DNA of 64,000 nt from Chiloscyllium plagiosum (Eukaryota), in NCBI RefSeq assembly GCF_004010195.1, contig NC_057760.1, forward strand, positions 3,865,354-3,929,353, in the 5' to 3' direction. This document shows, piece after piece, positions 25,080 through 38,811 of the stretch. The notes beneath the pieces are model-generated. The model ran no database searches and was not told the DNA's origin. It saw only the letters and a list, made by a program, of their open reading frames with translations. Each line of letters opens with the position of its first letter. Position 1 is the first letter of the stretch. Both the position numbers and the translations under genes were made by a program.

Positions 25080-25149
25080 GCCTATGCACGGTTTTCAGGA
25101 GCCCCTGTCAGAGTGCACAAGCTCAGCAATCCCTGGAGGAGTCCCTCTG
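25080..25149 (+). CDS. mtx1: Metaxin-1 exon 2 (AYARFSGAPVRVHKLSNPWRSPS-G)
   Basis: 70 nt, cag/gtaag boundaries; resembles MTX1 TYARFTGAPLKVHKISNPWQSPSG. Confidence 0.93.
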
Positions 25150-27232
25150 GTAAGATTATTCAGCAAACTGGATTTGTTCACGTCACTACGAGTGCAGGCT
25201 TGATCTCTAGGAGGAAGCTATTCAGCTCCTTAAACTGGAATTAATCTGTAAGATAGGTGATGATGATCAATACGTAGGTGAACCCTATTTGCCCATCTTC
25301 GTTCCATTACTGTTGATAATGTGTTAAACAGGGTGTGGAAGATATTGATATGAATGGTTCCAGAGCAGAGAGGGTACACTGGGAAGGCTGCCTTCTCCTC
25401 AGAGAAGAAGACAGAGATTAGAGAGGTGTTGAAATCATGAAGGATGAACCTTGAAACCTGATCCATGTTTTCTGTTAACTTGGGTCATGCAGAGTGAACC
25501 TTGAAAATCTTCGTCCTAAATTGAAAATTACAGTATTGCCCCTCTTTGGTCACTTCCCGGAAGAGACTTCCTCTCTATGTACCCAGCTCAATTCTTTCAT
25601 CATCTGAAATATCTCTATTTACTCACCCAGCTGTCTTCATGTTTCAGGCAAATATGAGCTTAGTCTGTGCAACATGTTTCAGAATTTAAACCTGTTTGTA
25701 CAAGTATCCTCTTTCTGAAACTGCACACTACATTTCCAAGGTTCTATATCATTTCTATTGGCTTGATCTTCTACAATGATCAGAAAACATGCCTACATCT
25801 GACATTGTGATGAATGGAAGGTGTCACCCCTCATTGGGACAATGTACTGGAAATCAAGCCCCGCTATTCTCGGAGTTATTACAAAAGTTAAAGATTTTGA
25901 GAAGTATGAACAACTCCCTAATTCCTCTGTCTTTTAGACCCAGGTTAACAGAAAGCTTAGACCAGGTTTCTGTATTTAACAATGACTGCTTATTACAAAT
26001 AAATAGATTTTAATTACAGGTAAACAATTCTAAACCATTGACATTGTACTTGTTTAAACTCTAAAGCTGCCCCCCAATACACAGATATAGACAGACACTG
26101 AAACAATGGGGTGTTATGGGTAGTTGGGAAGACAGTTCAGTGGGTCCTGTCCACTGGGTTTGCTGAGATAATCCCCTTGATCAGAATGCTGCTTCTAGTC
26201 TCCCTTCTCCAGGGATGTTCACTTGTTTGCAGGAGGCACAGGGTGACTGGTTCACATTTGTAAAGGTCTCTGCCTTATTAAACATCATGCTGCAACAGGG
26301 GAAATAAACTGGTCAACTTCAGGCTGGAGAAACTTTATAGTGCAGAGATAAAACAGCTCCTTCCCTTCCAGAAATCCAGTAGTTTCTGTCCTGAATATTC
26401 ACACCCCCAAGCTGTTCCGCTGCCTGAGAGCCAATCACATCATAGTTATCAGGCAAAAGCTTTTGCCTTTGATAATTGGCCACTGTTTCACAACCAATCA
26501 GATACATGCTGTTGGCCTATCTCTCCCTAGTTCCAGCTAGTCTCGGACCAGACTTCCAAATTGCTTGAACCAACAGCTGTGTAAACAGCACTTACAATGA
26601 GCTTCAGCTAACCTGCTTTTTAAAAAAAAATGCAGCAGTCATTGGTTTTCAAACCAGTTCTTTTCCCATTTTACTCTACAATCAAGAATCTAAAAATAAT
26701 TGACAAAAAAAAATTAAAATAATTGATGAAGCATCTGAACATTGTTGGTCCTCAGGGCGCAGTGGTAGTGTCCCTACCTCTGAATCAGGAGGCCTGGGTT
26801 GATATCCCATCCTGCTTCAGAGGTGTCTAATAATACATTTGAACAGGTTTATTATAAAATATCTATGCTGAGGAATTGCTGCAACAATGTTCTCAGACTA
26901 AGGTAACTGATCTCCAACAACCACCACCATTTTCCATTGTGGTCAGGTCTCAGCATTAACCTTAGATTTCAGCCATAATTGGCTCAGAGCCTCATGCTAA
27001 CAAGGACAACCTCAGCCTGTTGGAATGTATTGGTTGGAGGTCAGGATTTGGCTAGACTCTGATTCTTTGCAATTAATCCTTTTAACCTTCTCTCTATCCA
27101 GACTTTAGCTTGAAGATTAATCCTCCCCTTGGGTGAGGGGTTTTTAGCAACTGTGCAGTTTTCTGACATGGTGACAGCTTTTCTAAGAACAGTGTGTGTG
27201 AAATGAATCTGTTTCTTCTATTTTATCGCCAG

Positions 27233-27309
27233 GAGTTTTGCCAGCACTGAAGACTGAGAAAGATGTTGTGTCACAGCCTCTCCAGATCCTTACCTACCTC
27301 AGGAAACAG
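27233..27309 (+). CDS. mtx1: Metaxin-1 exon 3 (VLPALKTEKDVVSQPLQILTYLRKQ)
   Basis: 77 nt, phase 1/0, AG/GT boundaries. Confidence 0.92.
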
Positions 27310-27489
27310 GTACATCACTATTTTTGTGGAAGTTCTTTCTAATTGGAGTTGGTATTTTGTGTTATGATATTGCTAGACAGATTTGAATTGTTTTACCAAG
27401 TGTAAAAGCCCAAAGAAACATTTTGTTCATTTAAAGTTTAAAAAGCTTTAAATATTAATGAATGTGGTTTTGACTAGTATCACAGATAA

Positions 27490-28000
27490 GAGAAAGTGAG
27501 GCCTGCACATGCTGGAGATCAGAGTCAAGAGTGTGGTGCTGGAAAAACACAGCTAGCCAGGCAGCATCCTAAGGAGCAGAAGAATCGGCATTTTGGGCAT
27601 GAGCTTGTGGGCCGGTGATGTGGGGCTGGAAGTAAGGTAGCTGGGAATGTGATGAATGGGTGAAGGTGATTGGTCGGAGAGAAGGGTGGAGTGGATAGGT
27701 GGGAAGGAAGATGGACAGGTCAAGAGGACAGTGCCGAGTTGGAGGCTTGGAACTGGGATAAGGTGAATTGAGGAAAATGGTCCTGTATGGTTGCAGGGTC
27801 CCAAGGCGGAAGATGAGTTCTTCCTTCAGGCGTTAGGGGTTAGGGTTTGGTGATGGAGGAGGCTCAGGACCTGAAGTATTGGTGGAATGGCAGGGGAAGT
27901 TGAAGTGTTCAGTCACTGGGTGGTGGGGTTGAATGGTGCAGGTGTCCCAAAGATGTTCTCTGAAACAATCCGCAAGTTGGCATCCTGTCTCCCGAACCTT
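27490..28000 (-). mobile_element. Penelope-like element 3' fragment
   Basis: gagaaagtgagg terminus followed by antisense PLE 3' sequence resembling 20230-20400. Confidence 0.7.
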
Positions 28001-29477
28001 CAGAAGAAGAAAGTGGATACTTAGATTGACGTATCCTGTGTCATGTTTTTCTGGTTTGGAGAATCTGACTGTGTTTCTAAGCTTGATAATGTGGAATCCT
28101 GGTTAGTTGAACAGCTGTGTCGGGGATATCAGTGCCAAATGTTGTACCCTCAGAATTTATTGCAATATTGAGAGGTTACAGTAAACTCTACTGCAGTAGA
28201 ATTTGTACAGGGATTTAGCAATACTGAAGGAAGTGTACAAGTTCAGCCATCAGCTTGAGAAACTGCTTTCTGTTTGAGTCATTTTCCTGGATTAGGCTAG
28301 AAGTGTTGGGAAATGCTGTTTGTTGCTCTCACCACTGGGCGAGTTGCTCCCATGTTTATGCTGCTGTTGAAAGTCAATTACTAAAGGAGGTCGCCCACTT
28401 AAGACTAATGGAGATGCTTCTTCATTCGAGGGCTGCCGAAGCTAGGTTATTAAAATATTTTCAGTTTCAGCTGTGAATATACTTAATCAGTGAGTAAGTA
28501 AAGCATTCTGGTGGAAAGGTTAGGAAAGCGGAATTGAAGATCAGCTGTGATCTCATTGAACGGCGGTGCAGACTTGATGGAATGGATAGCCTACTCTGCT
28601 CCCATGTCTTAGGATCTTCTGGACTATATAAAGATGTGATTGTATTCCTCAGGCGGAAGGATTGTTAGAGAATTCTGTAACCTTTTACAGAGAAAGTTAA
28701 AGCCCGCAGTGAAAATTGTTCAGTCAAGCACTTTACATGAAAGAAGTCCAAACCTCTGAGTGGAAAATATAATTGGGAATGTGTGGAAGCTGCACACTAC
28801 ACGTAGATAATTCTCTCATGGCCACGTGCAGCAGCAGTAACAGGTGATACTGAGAAAGGAGAGTAAAAATATTCTTCAACTCATCCTGGCTGAGAATCAG
28901 TACAGACTGGTCTGGAGCCCAGGTTGTCTGGTCTAATCTGGCCTGTATGATGCAGGTCTGTATTTCCTGCAATTCACTTTCATCACCTGAGGTCTCGTAA
29001 ACCTGGTGTAGCACTAGTAACTATAGCAACCTCTTATTTACTCAAACTGGCAAGGAATGTGATCCCTTCCATAGGATATTCCATCATTACTAAATATTTC
29101 CAAATTTTAGATCGTGATGAAAATTGATTGATGTCAGAGACAGGGAGACAATCTTGCACGTTTTGCTTTTGGATCAAACCTGAACTTTTTTTCACTTTAC
29201 AGTTGCTAAAGTTACAGTTTTAATGTTGGCAAATTAAAAATATCTAATGAGCTGTGTTGTACAAAACTTCTCTTCCCAAGTATATGTATTCTACATGTGA
29301 ACTGTCCCAAGTCCTTGTTTATAATGCAGGCTGTAACTCACTTCCAGCTGTCATTAATGTGTATAAAAGTATTATATATATTCAACCCATAACTCCTTCC
29401 CTTTGGACATCCATATGGTTTCTGTTGTGATATTACTGCTGAATAGCTGCTTACCAACATTACATTTCTCTTCTTAG

Positions 29478-29570
29478 AAGTACAATGCTGACTACGGGCT
29501 CTCAGCAACGCAGGCGGCTGACACACTTGCCTTTGCCTCTCTGATAGAAGAGAAGTTACTTCCTGCACTG
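29478..29570 (+). CDS. mtx1: Metaxin-1 exon 4 ([31 protein letters not shown])
   Basis: 93 nt, tag/gtgagt boundaries. Confidence 0.95.
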
Positions 29571-29639
29571 GTGAGTGCTGCTTTCTTTTGCTTTGTTAAC
29601 ACTGTTGTCCTATTTGTCTGGGATATTCCATGCTGAGTT

Positions 29640-29995
29640 TTAAAAAATTAATTAATAGGATCAAGGCATCACTGGCTAGCCTAGCATTTATTTCCCATCC
29701 CCAATTGCCCAGAGGCCAGTTAGAAGTCAACCACATTGCTGAGAGTCTGGAGTAACATGTAAGCCAGACTTGATAAGGATGGCAGTTTCCTGCCCTAAAG
29801 AACAAAAGATGGTTTGTTTTGACAGCCAGCAATAGATTCATTGTCATCATTAGATTCTTAATTCCAGATTTCTATTGAATTCAAATTTCACAATCGACCA
29901 TGGTGGGATTCTAATATGCATTTCCAGAATATTAGTCACATGTAGTCTCTGGATTAATAGTCCAGTGATAATACCACTCAGCCATCGCCTCCCCT
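29640..29995 (-). mobile_element. tRNA-derived SINE (second family; related copy about 49320-49585 +)
   Basis: tRNA-like head, shared ggaaa(t)ctgccatccttac core, aataaatgct tail. Confidence 0.7.
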
Positions 29996-30034
29996 TTAAC
30001 TCCTGTTTCAACTTACTGTCTTTTCTTTCCTCAG

Positions 30035-30217
30035 ATCTACATGTTTTGGGCTGACTCCAAGAATTATGTATCATTCACAAGGCCCTGGTATGGAGAGACA
30101 ATACCATTTCCACTGAACTTTTTCCTCCCGAACCGGATGCACACACGCTTCCTGGAGCGTCTTCGCTTGATCCGGGGTGGCCAGTGGCATGACAACGAGG
30201 AGGAAACCGAGACTGAG
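30035..30217 (+). CDS. mtx1: Metaxin-1 exon 5 (IYMFWADSKNYVSFTRPWYGETIPFPLNFFLP...ETE)
   Basis: 183 nt; PFPLNFFLP metaxin motif. Confidence 0.95.
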
Positions 30218-30439
30218 GTAGAGTGATTCCAGCACCTTGGCTACTTTAATTCAGAGAATTTACAATTTAACAGGTTTCTAAGTAGAATGTTTCCTTGAAG
30301 AAATCATAATTTTCAATTACTACTCGATGTTTGATCTCCAAGAATAAGCTCAGGAGTCTTTAATGAGCCATTCTGAATGGTATGTGGGGAATTCAAGAAT
30401 GCCAAAAGCTGCAAACTCTGAATATTTGCTTACTTTCAG

Positions 30440-30516
30440 ATCTACAAAGAGGCCCGTGAGTGCCTGACGCTACTGTCCCAGAGGCTAGGGTCACATAAAT
30501 TCTTTTTTGGAGACTC
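30440..30516 (+). CDS. mtx1: Metaxin-1 exon 6 ([26 protein letters not shown])
   Basis: 77 nt, cag/gtaagt boundaries; GST-C-like segment. Confidence 0.95.
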
Positions 30517-31253
30517 GTAAGTTGTTTGTTCTTTCTCTACCGTGAAAGTGAAGGGTCCATTATTTTTCATTACTGGTGACTGTGATGTTAAAAGCAAGCT
30601 GGAGCAAACAAGTGGGCGCTTGGCCACAGCTGGACCCAGGAGACAGGTGAAACGGGCAGAAAATTTTGGCTTTGTTGACCATTGGCCAGACAATCATGTC
30701 CACATGGGTAGTAGAAGGTCTTCCTCCATCTCCCAAAGGTACTGACTTTCAAGTATTGGGTCCCAGGGACCCCTCCCCTCCTGAAGGGGCTGACTCTCAC
30801 TAGGGGTTTAGGTTCCCTTTCCTCAAGATGCTGTTTCTCACTGAACTTTGACTTGTAAATATGTCATAATTCCTCCATTGTGACGGGGTAAAAATTCTGA
30901 AGCTCCCTAAATCTGTGTTTAATGTCTATCTTCCCCATGTGGATTGAGTAAAGGTAACTCATCACAATCTCCTCAATGGTAACTGGGGATGGGCAATAAA
31001 TTTGTAGCCTTCGCAGCAAAGCTAGTGTTCCATGAATGAGTAAAAGAAACACATTCTGCAGACACCCACCAATGAGCACAATTGGGATCTGTATACTGTG
31101 GCTTTGCTGGCAGAGCACTTACTCAGTTGATGAAAAGTCACATTATGCTCTGGAACAGGAGTTTGTGTTGGATGCAATGAGTGCTATTTCCAGGCAGTCT
31201 TCTTACCTTCGTCAGGTTTGCTGTGTTTAATGATGTGTCTCCTTCTGCTTTAG

Positions 31254-31411
31254 ACCCAGCTCCTTAGATGCCATTGTATTTGGACATTTGGCACCAATTC
31301 TGAAGGCAAAACTACCCAACAGTAAACTGCAGCAACATCTGCGCTCACTTGACAACCTTTGCGCACTCTGCACGTCCATCCTTGGTCTTTATTTTCCAAA
31401 TGACGGTTCAG
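31254..31411 (+). CDS. mtx1: Metaxin-1 exon 7 (PSSLDAIVFGHLAPILKAKLP...ILGLYFPNDGS)
   Basis: 158 nt, phase 2/1. Confidence 0.95.
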
Positions 31412-31638
31412 GTAATCTGGGACAAACTTTGCTGACCCTTCCTTGACCTATAGCAAATCATTTTCGTTTTTATTTGTGAGATTTTGCAATGCATAAATTT
31501 GCCTCTATATTTGCCTGTATAATATCACTAACTTTATGTCAAAGTCATTCATCGATTGGGAAAAGTCTGAGGCTTGGCAACAATGTACACACTTTCTTCC
31601 CAATCCTTGTTCATACTATATTCCTGGTTTTGTTTCAG

Positions 31639-31862
31639 ACACTGAACATGGCTCCAAGAAAGTTCCCCGGAATAACTCATCGGATTCTGATGAGGATCCT
31701 CACAAGAGACGCAATCAGATCCTCTCGGTGCTGGTGGGGCTCTCTGCCATGATTGGTTATGCTTTCCTCAGTGGAATTCTCTCCATCCAACGGGTATCAA
31801 CCCATAATGCACTAAGGCAGTCCTCCCCTCTGGAAGATGACGATGTTGATGAGGGACAGTGA
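31639..31862 (+). CDS. mtx1: Metaxin-1 last coding exon with C-terminal transmembrane anchor (RRNQILSVLVGLSAMIGYAFLSGILSIQ) and stop
   Basis: cag acceptor; hydrophobic anchor and acidic tail are typical of MTX1; candidate AATAAA at about 32288, 32689 and 32925. Confidence 0.95.
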
Positions 31863-33289
31863 GGGGCATGGGTGGTGGTGGAAGAGGAGGAGGAGTTGGG
31901 AGTGCTGGCAGTAAGTGGGAACATTCCGTCAAGTAACAATGTCCAGCCTGACAATAGATTTGAGCACTGTTAGTGGTTGTATTTTGTAAAACTTGAAGAT
32001 GCAGTATGGCCAGGGCCTTAAACCCTGCACCACAGGTCAGGGCCAAAAGAAATGATATATTGCAGTCCTATTTTGTTAGTGTAGTGGGTGCTCTGAATTT
32101 AGCACCCACTGTAATAGTGTGATGACAGGGACAGTGTCTCACTTCTTTGATAATTCATGTCTAGTATTAAAATAACATTTGTTAGTTATTGAGGTTGGAA
32201 GCCAGGAATCAAATACCATGTAATTCAAAGCCAAGATTTTATTTGAAACTGAGATACTATCATAGGTACAAATTCTTGTAAAACTGAAATAAAATCTCCA
32301 GCTGATGCTCATTAACTCAAAGGGTTTTAGTTTGGGCTGTACCTGTTCTGCCTTGAGTTCAGAATCTTGTACTGATCTGTATATTCCCTTCTCAGTACAG
32401 ACTTCCAAGTAAGATCATCATTTTTTTTGTCCTGGTCCGGGAATGTATCAACTTTCAAGAATAGGTTTCTTTGCATCTTGGCCAGTTTTTGTTATTCATT
32501 AGTCAACTTTTGTATCTGTTCTGCTCATATGATGTAATGATAATATGTGAAGAGGGAGGTCTAAGAGCTGTGTGTGGAAAGTTGGCGTGAACAGCAGTTT
32601 TAAACATTTCTTCACCAGTACCTATGAGCAGGAGTTACTGGACAATGGTTCAGATGAATGTGCTTGCTGCTCAGACTTACTCTGACCAAATAAAATAAGA
32701 ACCCAGTCAGCCACTGTTTAACTGTTGCTTCGCTCAGTTGGCTGTCATTTTCATGTGAAATTTAGCACCTCAGTGGTGTCTGATGTAGAAATATTCTTTC
32801 ATTCACTGACAGAATTGGTGCCAGTTCTCTAATATTAGAGGATAGCTGTTGTTATTTGATTGCTTACTTTTCAGGGACAAAGTTACATTTTCCACAGTTT
32901 AAAATGTAACAGCTTTGACCAATGAATAAATTGAATGGTGAAAAGCAGATTGTATCTAAGAGCATCCTTTTATTTTCATGATCATAGGTGTGCTGATGTT
33001 GAGAGTTCTAGAAAATGTGCTTCTCTGCACCCTCTCCAATGGACTGAGACACAAAGCTGACAAGTAGCTGCAGCAGCTACTGTCTGCCTTTGCTTTGTTC
33101 TGCAATTTAAATATACTCCACTGTTCTGTGAACATGGCTTGTCACTAAGGTCACACAACTACTTTCATTTATGGAGGAGAATGGATTAGTTTCTGCAGTA
33201 TTATGGCACTACTGCTGGTGGGAGGTTGTACTTACAGCATTACAAGCTTACAAAAGTAAATTCTATTTGGGAAACAAGGACCTAGAATT

Positions 33290-36200
33290 TAGAATAGAAT
33301 ATAGAAAAGTACAGCACAGAACAGGCCCTTTGGCCCACAATGTTGTGCTGAGGTTTAATCCTAATGTAAAATATAATAACTTAACCTACACACCCCTCAA
33401 CTCACTGCTATCCATGTGCATATTTAGCAGTCGCTTAAATGTCCCTAATGACTCTGCTTCCACCACCACCACAGCTGGCAACACATTCCACGCATTCATA
33501 ACTCTCTGCATAAAGGACCTACCTCTGATGTCTCCTTTATACCTTCCTCCTAATATCTTCAAACTATGACTCCTCGTACCAGTCAATCCTGCCCTAGGGA
33601 AAAGTCTCTGGCTATTGACTCTATCTATTCCACTCATTATCTTGTATACCACGATCAGGTCTCCTCTCCAGAGAGAAAAATCCAAGCGTATTCAACCTTT
33701 CTTCATAAGGCAAGCCCTCTAGTCCAGGCAGCATCCCGGTAAACCTCTTTGCACTCTCTCCAAAGATTCTGTATCTTTCCTATAGTAGGGCGACCAGAAC
33801 TGGACACAATATTCCAAGTGTGGTCTCACCAGGGACTTGTAGAGCTGTAGCAAAACCTCATGGCTCATAAACTCGATTCCCCTGTTTAATGATAGCTAAA
33901 ACACCATATGCTTGCTTAACAACCCTATCCACTTGGGAGACAACTTTGAGGGAGCTATGTACTTGCACACCCAGATCCCTCTGTTCTTCCACACTGTCTT
34001 TAATCCTATATTCAGCATTTGAGTTCAACCTTCCAAAATATATCACTTCGCATTTATCCAGGGTGAACTCCATCTGCCATTTCTCAGCCCAGCTCTGCAG
34101 CCTGCAGTAGCCCTCTATATTATCGACAGCACTTGCAACTTTTGTGTCATCTGCAAATTTACTAACCCACCCCTCAATCTTCTCATCCAAGTCATTTATA
34201 AAAACTACAAAGAGCAGAGGCCCAAGAACAGAGCGTCGACCTGTCTTGACACCTCCTCAAAGAACTAAATAAGATTTGTGAGGCATGACCTGCCCCTCAC
34301 AAAGCCATGCTGACTGCCTTTAATCACACTATGCTTTGCCAAATAGTCATAAATCCTATCCCTCAGAATTCTTTCCAAAGCTTTGCTGACCACAGACTTA
34401 AGACTGACAGGTCTGTAATTGCCAGGGATTTCCCTATTATCCTTCTTGAAAAGAGGAACAACATTCGCCTCCTTCCTATCATCTTGTACGACTTCCATGG
34501 GGAGTGAGGAGGCAAATATCCTCACGAGCGGCTTAGCAACCTCTGTTATCGCTTCCTGGAGTAATCTAGGATAAATCTGGTCTGGCCCTGGGGACTTATC
34601 AATCTTAATGTTTTCCAAAATTTCCAGCACGTCAACTTCATCAATCTTTATCTGGTCAAGACTATTCCAGCTCCTCTAAATTTTCATTCACAATGTCCCT
34701 TTCCTTGGTGAAAACTGAAGCAAAAAACTTGTTTAGGGCTTCCCCTATCTGCTCAGACTCTATGCACAAGTTCCCTTCGCTATCCCTACCTTCTCCCTGA
34801 TCATTCTCTTATTCCTCATTTGGGGTAAAATGCCTTTGGGTTCTCCCTAATCCTTCTTGCCAAACCTTTTTCGTGTCCCCTCCGGCTCTCCTCAGTCCAT
34901 TTCTGAGCTCTTTTCTAGCAAGCCTGTAATCCTCTAAAACTGCTAGATTCTTGCTTCTTCCTTTTGACAAGCTCCTCTGTTCTCATCATCCAAGGTTCCT
35001 CAATCTTACCCCTTCATATTGATGCAAATTCGTGCATCAATAGCAACAACTGCTCCTTAAATTGTCTCCACATGTCTGCTGTGCCCTTTCTGTGGAACAA
35101 TTGCTCCCAGTCTGTACTTCCCAACTCCTGTCTGATAGCGTCATAATTTCCTTTTCCCCAATTAAATATTTTCCCTCGGTAACTGCTCCTTTCACTCACT
35201 CTCCAAGGCTATGCTAAATGTGAGGCAGTTGTGATCACTGTCACCAAAGTGCTCTCCCACCGCGAGATCTGACATCTGTCCTGGCTCATTGCCTAGCTTC
35301 AAATCCAAAATGGCCTCTTCCCTCATTGGTCTGCCTACATACTAAGGAAACCCTCCTAAACACACCTGACAAAAACAGTTCCATCCAAACCATCTGCACT
35401 TAGGAGGCTCCAGTCGATATTGGGAAAGTTGAAATCACCCATAACAACAACCCTGCTACTTTTGTATTTTTCCAGAATCTGCCTGCCTATGAGATCTTCA
35501 ATCTCTCTACTGCTATTAGGTGGTCTGTAGGAAACCCCCAATGCGGTGACTGTTCCCTTGCTGTTCCTAACTTCCACCCATACTGACTCAGTAGACAAAC
35601 CTTCCTCAACAACCTTCCTTTCTGTAGCTGCGATGCACTCTCTGATGAGCAATACTACACCCCCTCTTCTTTTTAAACGTTCTAAACCCTGGAACATCAA
35701 GCAACCATTCCTGGCCCAGTGAAATCCACGTCTCCGTTATGGCCACAACATCGTAGCCCCAAGTACTGATCCATGCTCTAAGTTAGTCACTCTTTCGGAC
35801 ACTCCTTGCATTAAAGCAGACACGCTTTAACCGATCCCTTTGTTTCATCGCGTGAGAAACCTTCCTGATAGATTCAATACATCCTGTTACTTTCCCATCT
35901 GCAACTGTCTCCCTCTCAGACGTGGCTCTGATTCCCACCCTCCTGCCAAACTAGGTTAAACCCTCCTGAATCACACAAGCAAATCTCCCACCCAGGACAC
36001 TTTTATTCCTCCAGTTCAGGTGCAACCCGTCCTTCACGTACAGGTCCCACCTTCCCTAGAAGGTATCCCAATGGTCTAGGTATCTGAAGCCCTCCCTCCT
36101 GCACCAGCCTCCCAGCCACGTGTTAAGCTGCATTTGCTGACTGTTCCTCATCTTACTATCTCGTGGCACCGGTAGGAAACCTGAGGTCACGATTCTACTT

Positions 36201-36380
36201 GTCCTGCTCTTCAGCTTCCAACCTAACTCTCTGTAGTCACTTTTCAGATCCTCAATCCCTTTCCTGACATTGGTGGCAATATGTACCACGATTTCTGGCT
36301 GCTCATCCTCCCCCTTCAGAATCCCGGACCCTGGCACCGAGGGAGGCAACATACCTTCCGGGAGTCCTGTTCCTGACCAC
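33290..36380 (-). mobile_element. Long CR1 LINE remnant (ORF1 esterase-like end, APE endonuclease, RT, 3' end; internally deleted)
   Basis: GEDEQPEIVVHIATN (ORF1-like), YRPPNS..MGDFNFPNIDW (EN), GNYRPVSL and KFADDTK (RT). Confidence 0.92.
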
Positions 36381-37534
36381 AGGAAGAGCAGTTGGCACAA
36401 AATTAATAACTGAAGGGTATTTTGGCTAGATACGATACTTCCATAAACCACAGATTATATTAGCACTTTGTCATCATAATTACATGTCATGTTCCTAGCT
36501 GAGGGTGAACTTCATGGGTTGCTCATGTCTACTCTGAGGGAGAGCTTTGTTCAAATGACTTGTCTCTGGCTGTAGCTTCCACTATTGAATATTTTCTAAT
36601 CAACCTGTTCAGAGATATCGGGACAGACTTCTGAAGCAGGTGGGACTTGAACCCTAGTCTTCTAGTCTAGAGATATGGGCACTACACTATGGCACAAGAG
36701 ACCTAGCCTTCTGTCTATTCCTTCTTCTTTCATAGAGATCAATGTGAGCGCATACAGTATATGTCAAGTAATGGACACGTGGCATGCGTTCAGACCCTGC
36801 CTCAGGCTCATAAGCCAAATATCCAATCTTGAACCTTGCCTCCTGCATTCCCTCCCACAGAGTTAACTTGAGATCATCTGAAGTCTTATTGCTTAACTTT
36901 TATTTGATCCTGTTCAGCCTCTGCTAGGTGTGTGCAGATTGTTCATACAGTGACTGATGCTGAGGATGTGGAATACACTGCGCAAGAAGGTTGATACAGG
37001 CAAGCTCAATCAAGACTTTCAAAGGGGAATTGTTGCTTTTTCAAATGCAGGATAACCACACAAAGGATTCTGGGGAGATGATGGGTGATTGGCCAAATTC
37101 AGTTATTGTCCATATTTGTCAGCTGTTTGAAGACTGCAAACAACTTTGGATCACACTACCACCTGTTGGGGGTCTGAACTATTACAGCAGTTAACATTTT
37201 GTGTCTGCCCGAGATCAGGCCTGTGCTATCATTAATTGTACCCAAGAAAGCTGTATGGAACACAAATTCAAGACAGTAAACTGAAAGAAAGTTACAATAA
37301 ATGCACATCCTCCTTTCAACAATCTGAAGCCTGTCTTTTGAAAAACACTGCAAATCTGGAGAAAGGTTTTTTGGTTCTTGCGGAAATTGCTTACAAGACT
37401 GATTTTATAAATAGGAAAAAAAATTGCAGACACATTTTGAAGGATAATTCAACGTAGGAAACACGACACACAATTCATGCACAAAAATATTCCACAAAAA
37501 ACAGTATAGTCATGAGCATATAATCTGCTTTGTA

Positions 37535-38811
37535 ATAGAGTCACAGATGTACAGCACGGAAACAGACCCTTCGGTCCAACTTGTCCATGCCGACCAGATA
37601 TCCCAACTCAATCTAGTCCCACCTGCCAGCACCCAGACCATATCCCTCTAAACTCTTCCTGATGCCTTTTAAAAATTGCAATTGTACCAGCCTCCACCAC
37701 TTCCTCTGGCAGCTTATTCCATACACGTGTCACCCTCTGCGTAAAAAAGTTACCCCTTAGGTCCCTTTTATATCTTTCCTGTCTCACCCTAAACCTATGC
37801 CCTCGAGTTCTGGAATCCCCGACCCCAGGGAAATGACTGTTTATTTATGCCCCTCATGATTTTGTAAACCTCTATAAGGTCACCCCTCAAGCCTCTGACG
37901 CTCCAGGGAAAACAGCCCTAGCCTATTCAACCTCTCCCTATAGCTCAAATCCTCCAACCCTGGCAACATTCTTGTAAACCTTTTCCAAACCCATCCAACT
38001 TTCACAACATCTTTCTGATGGGAAGGAGACCAGAATTCCACACAATATTCCAACAGTGGCCTAATCAATGTCCTATACAGCTGCAACATGACCTCCCAAC
38101 TCCTGTACTCAATACTCTGATCAATAAAGGAAAGCATACCAAATGCCTTCTTCACTATCCTATCTACCTGCGACTCCACTTTCAAGGAGCTGTAAACCTG
38201 CACTCCAAGGTCTCTTTGTTCAGCAACACTCCCTAGGACCTTACCATTAAGTGTATAAGTCCTGCTAAGATTTGCTTTCCCAGAATGCAGCACCTTGCAT
38301 TTATCTGAATTAAACTCCATCTGCCACTTCTCAGCCCATTGGCCCATCTGATCAAGATCCTGTTGTAATCTGAGGTAACCCTCTTCGCTGTCCACTACAC
38401 CTCCAATTTTGGTGTCATCTGCAAACTTACTAACTATACCTCTTATGCTCACATCCAAACCATTTTTATATAAATGACGAAAAGCAGAGGACCCAGCACC
38501 GACCCTTGTGGCATTCCACTCGTCACAGGCCTCCAGTCTGAAAACAACCTTCCAACACCACCCTCTGTCTTCTACCTTTGAGCCAGTTCTGCATCCAAAG
38601 GCTAGTTCTCCCTGTATTCCATGAGATCTAACATTGCTAACCAGTTTCCCATGGGGAGCCTTGTTGAACGCCTTTCTGAAGTCCATATCTACCACTCTAC
38701 CCTTTTCAATCCTCTTTGTTACTAATTCAAAAAACTCAAAGTTTGTGACACGTGATTTCCCACACACAAGGCAATGTTGACTATTCCTAATCAGTCCTTG
38801 CCTTTCCAAAT
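37535..38811 (-). mobile_element. CR1 LINE RT-to-3' fragment (subfamily B)
   Basis: 309-aa ORF with KFADDTK and RPLLEYC motifs. Confidence 0.92.

Noticed and set aside
25850..26720. Possible solo LTR in mtx1 intron 2
   Set aside because: Only a compositional impression; no PBS, TG...CA termini or TSD could be fixed
37880..38809. 309-aa RT-like ORF as an intact or domesticated gene
   Set aside because: Contains a frameshifted segment, is 5'-truncated and has several sibling copies; ordinary CR1 decay
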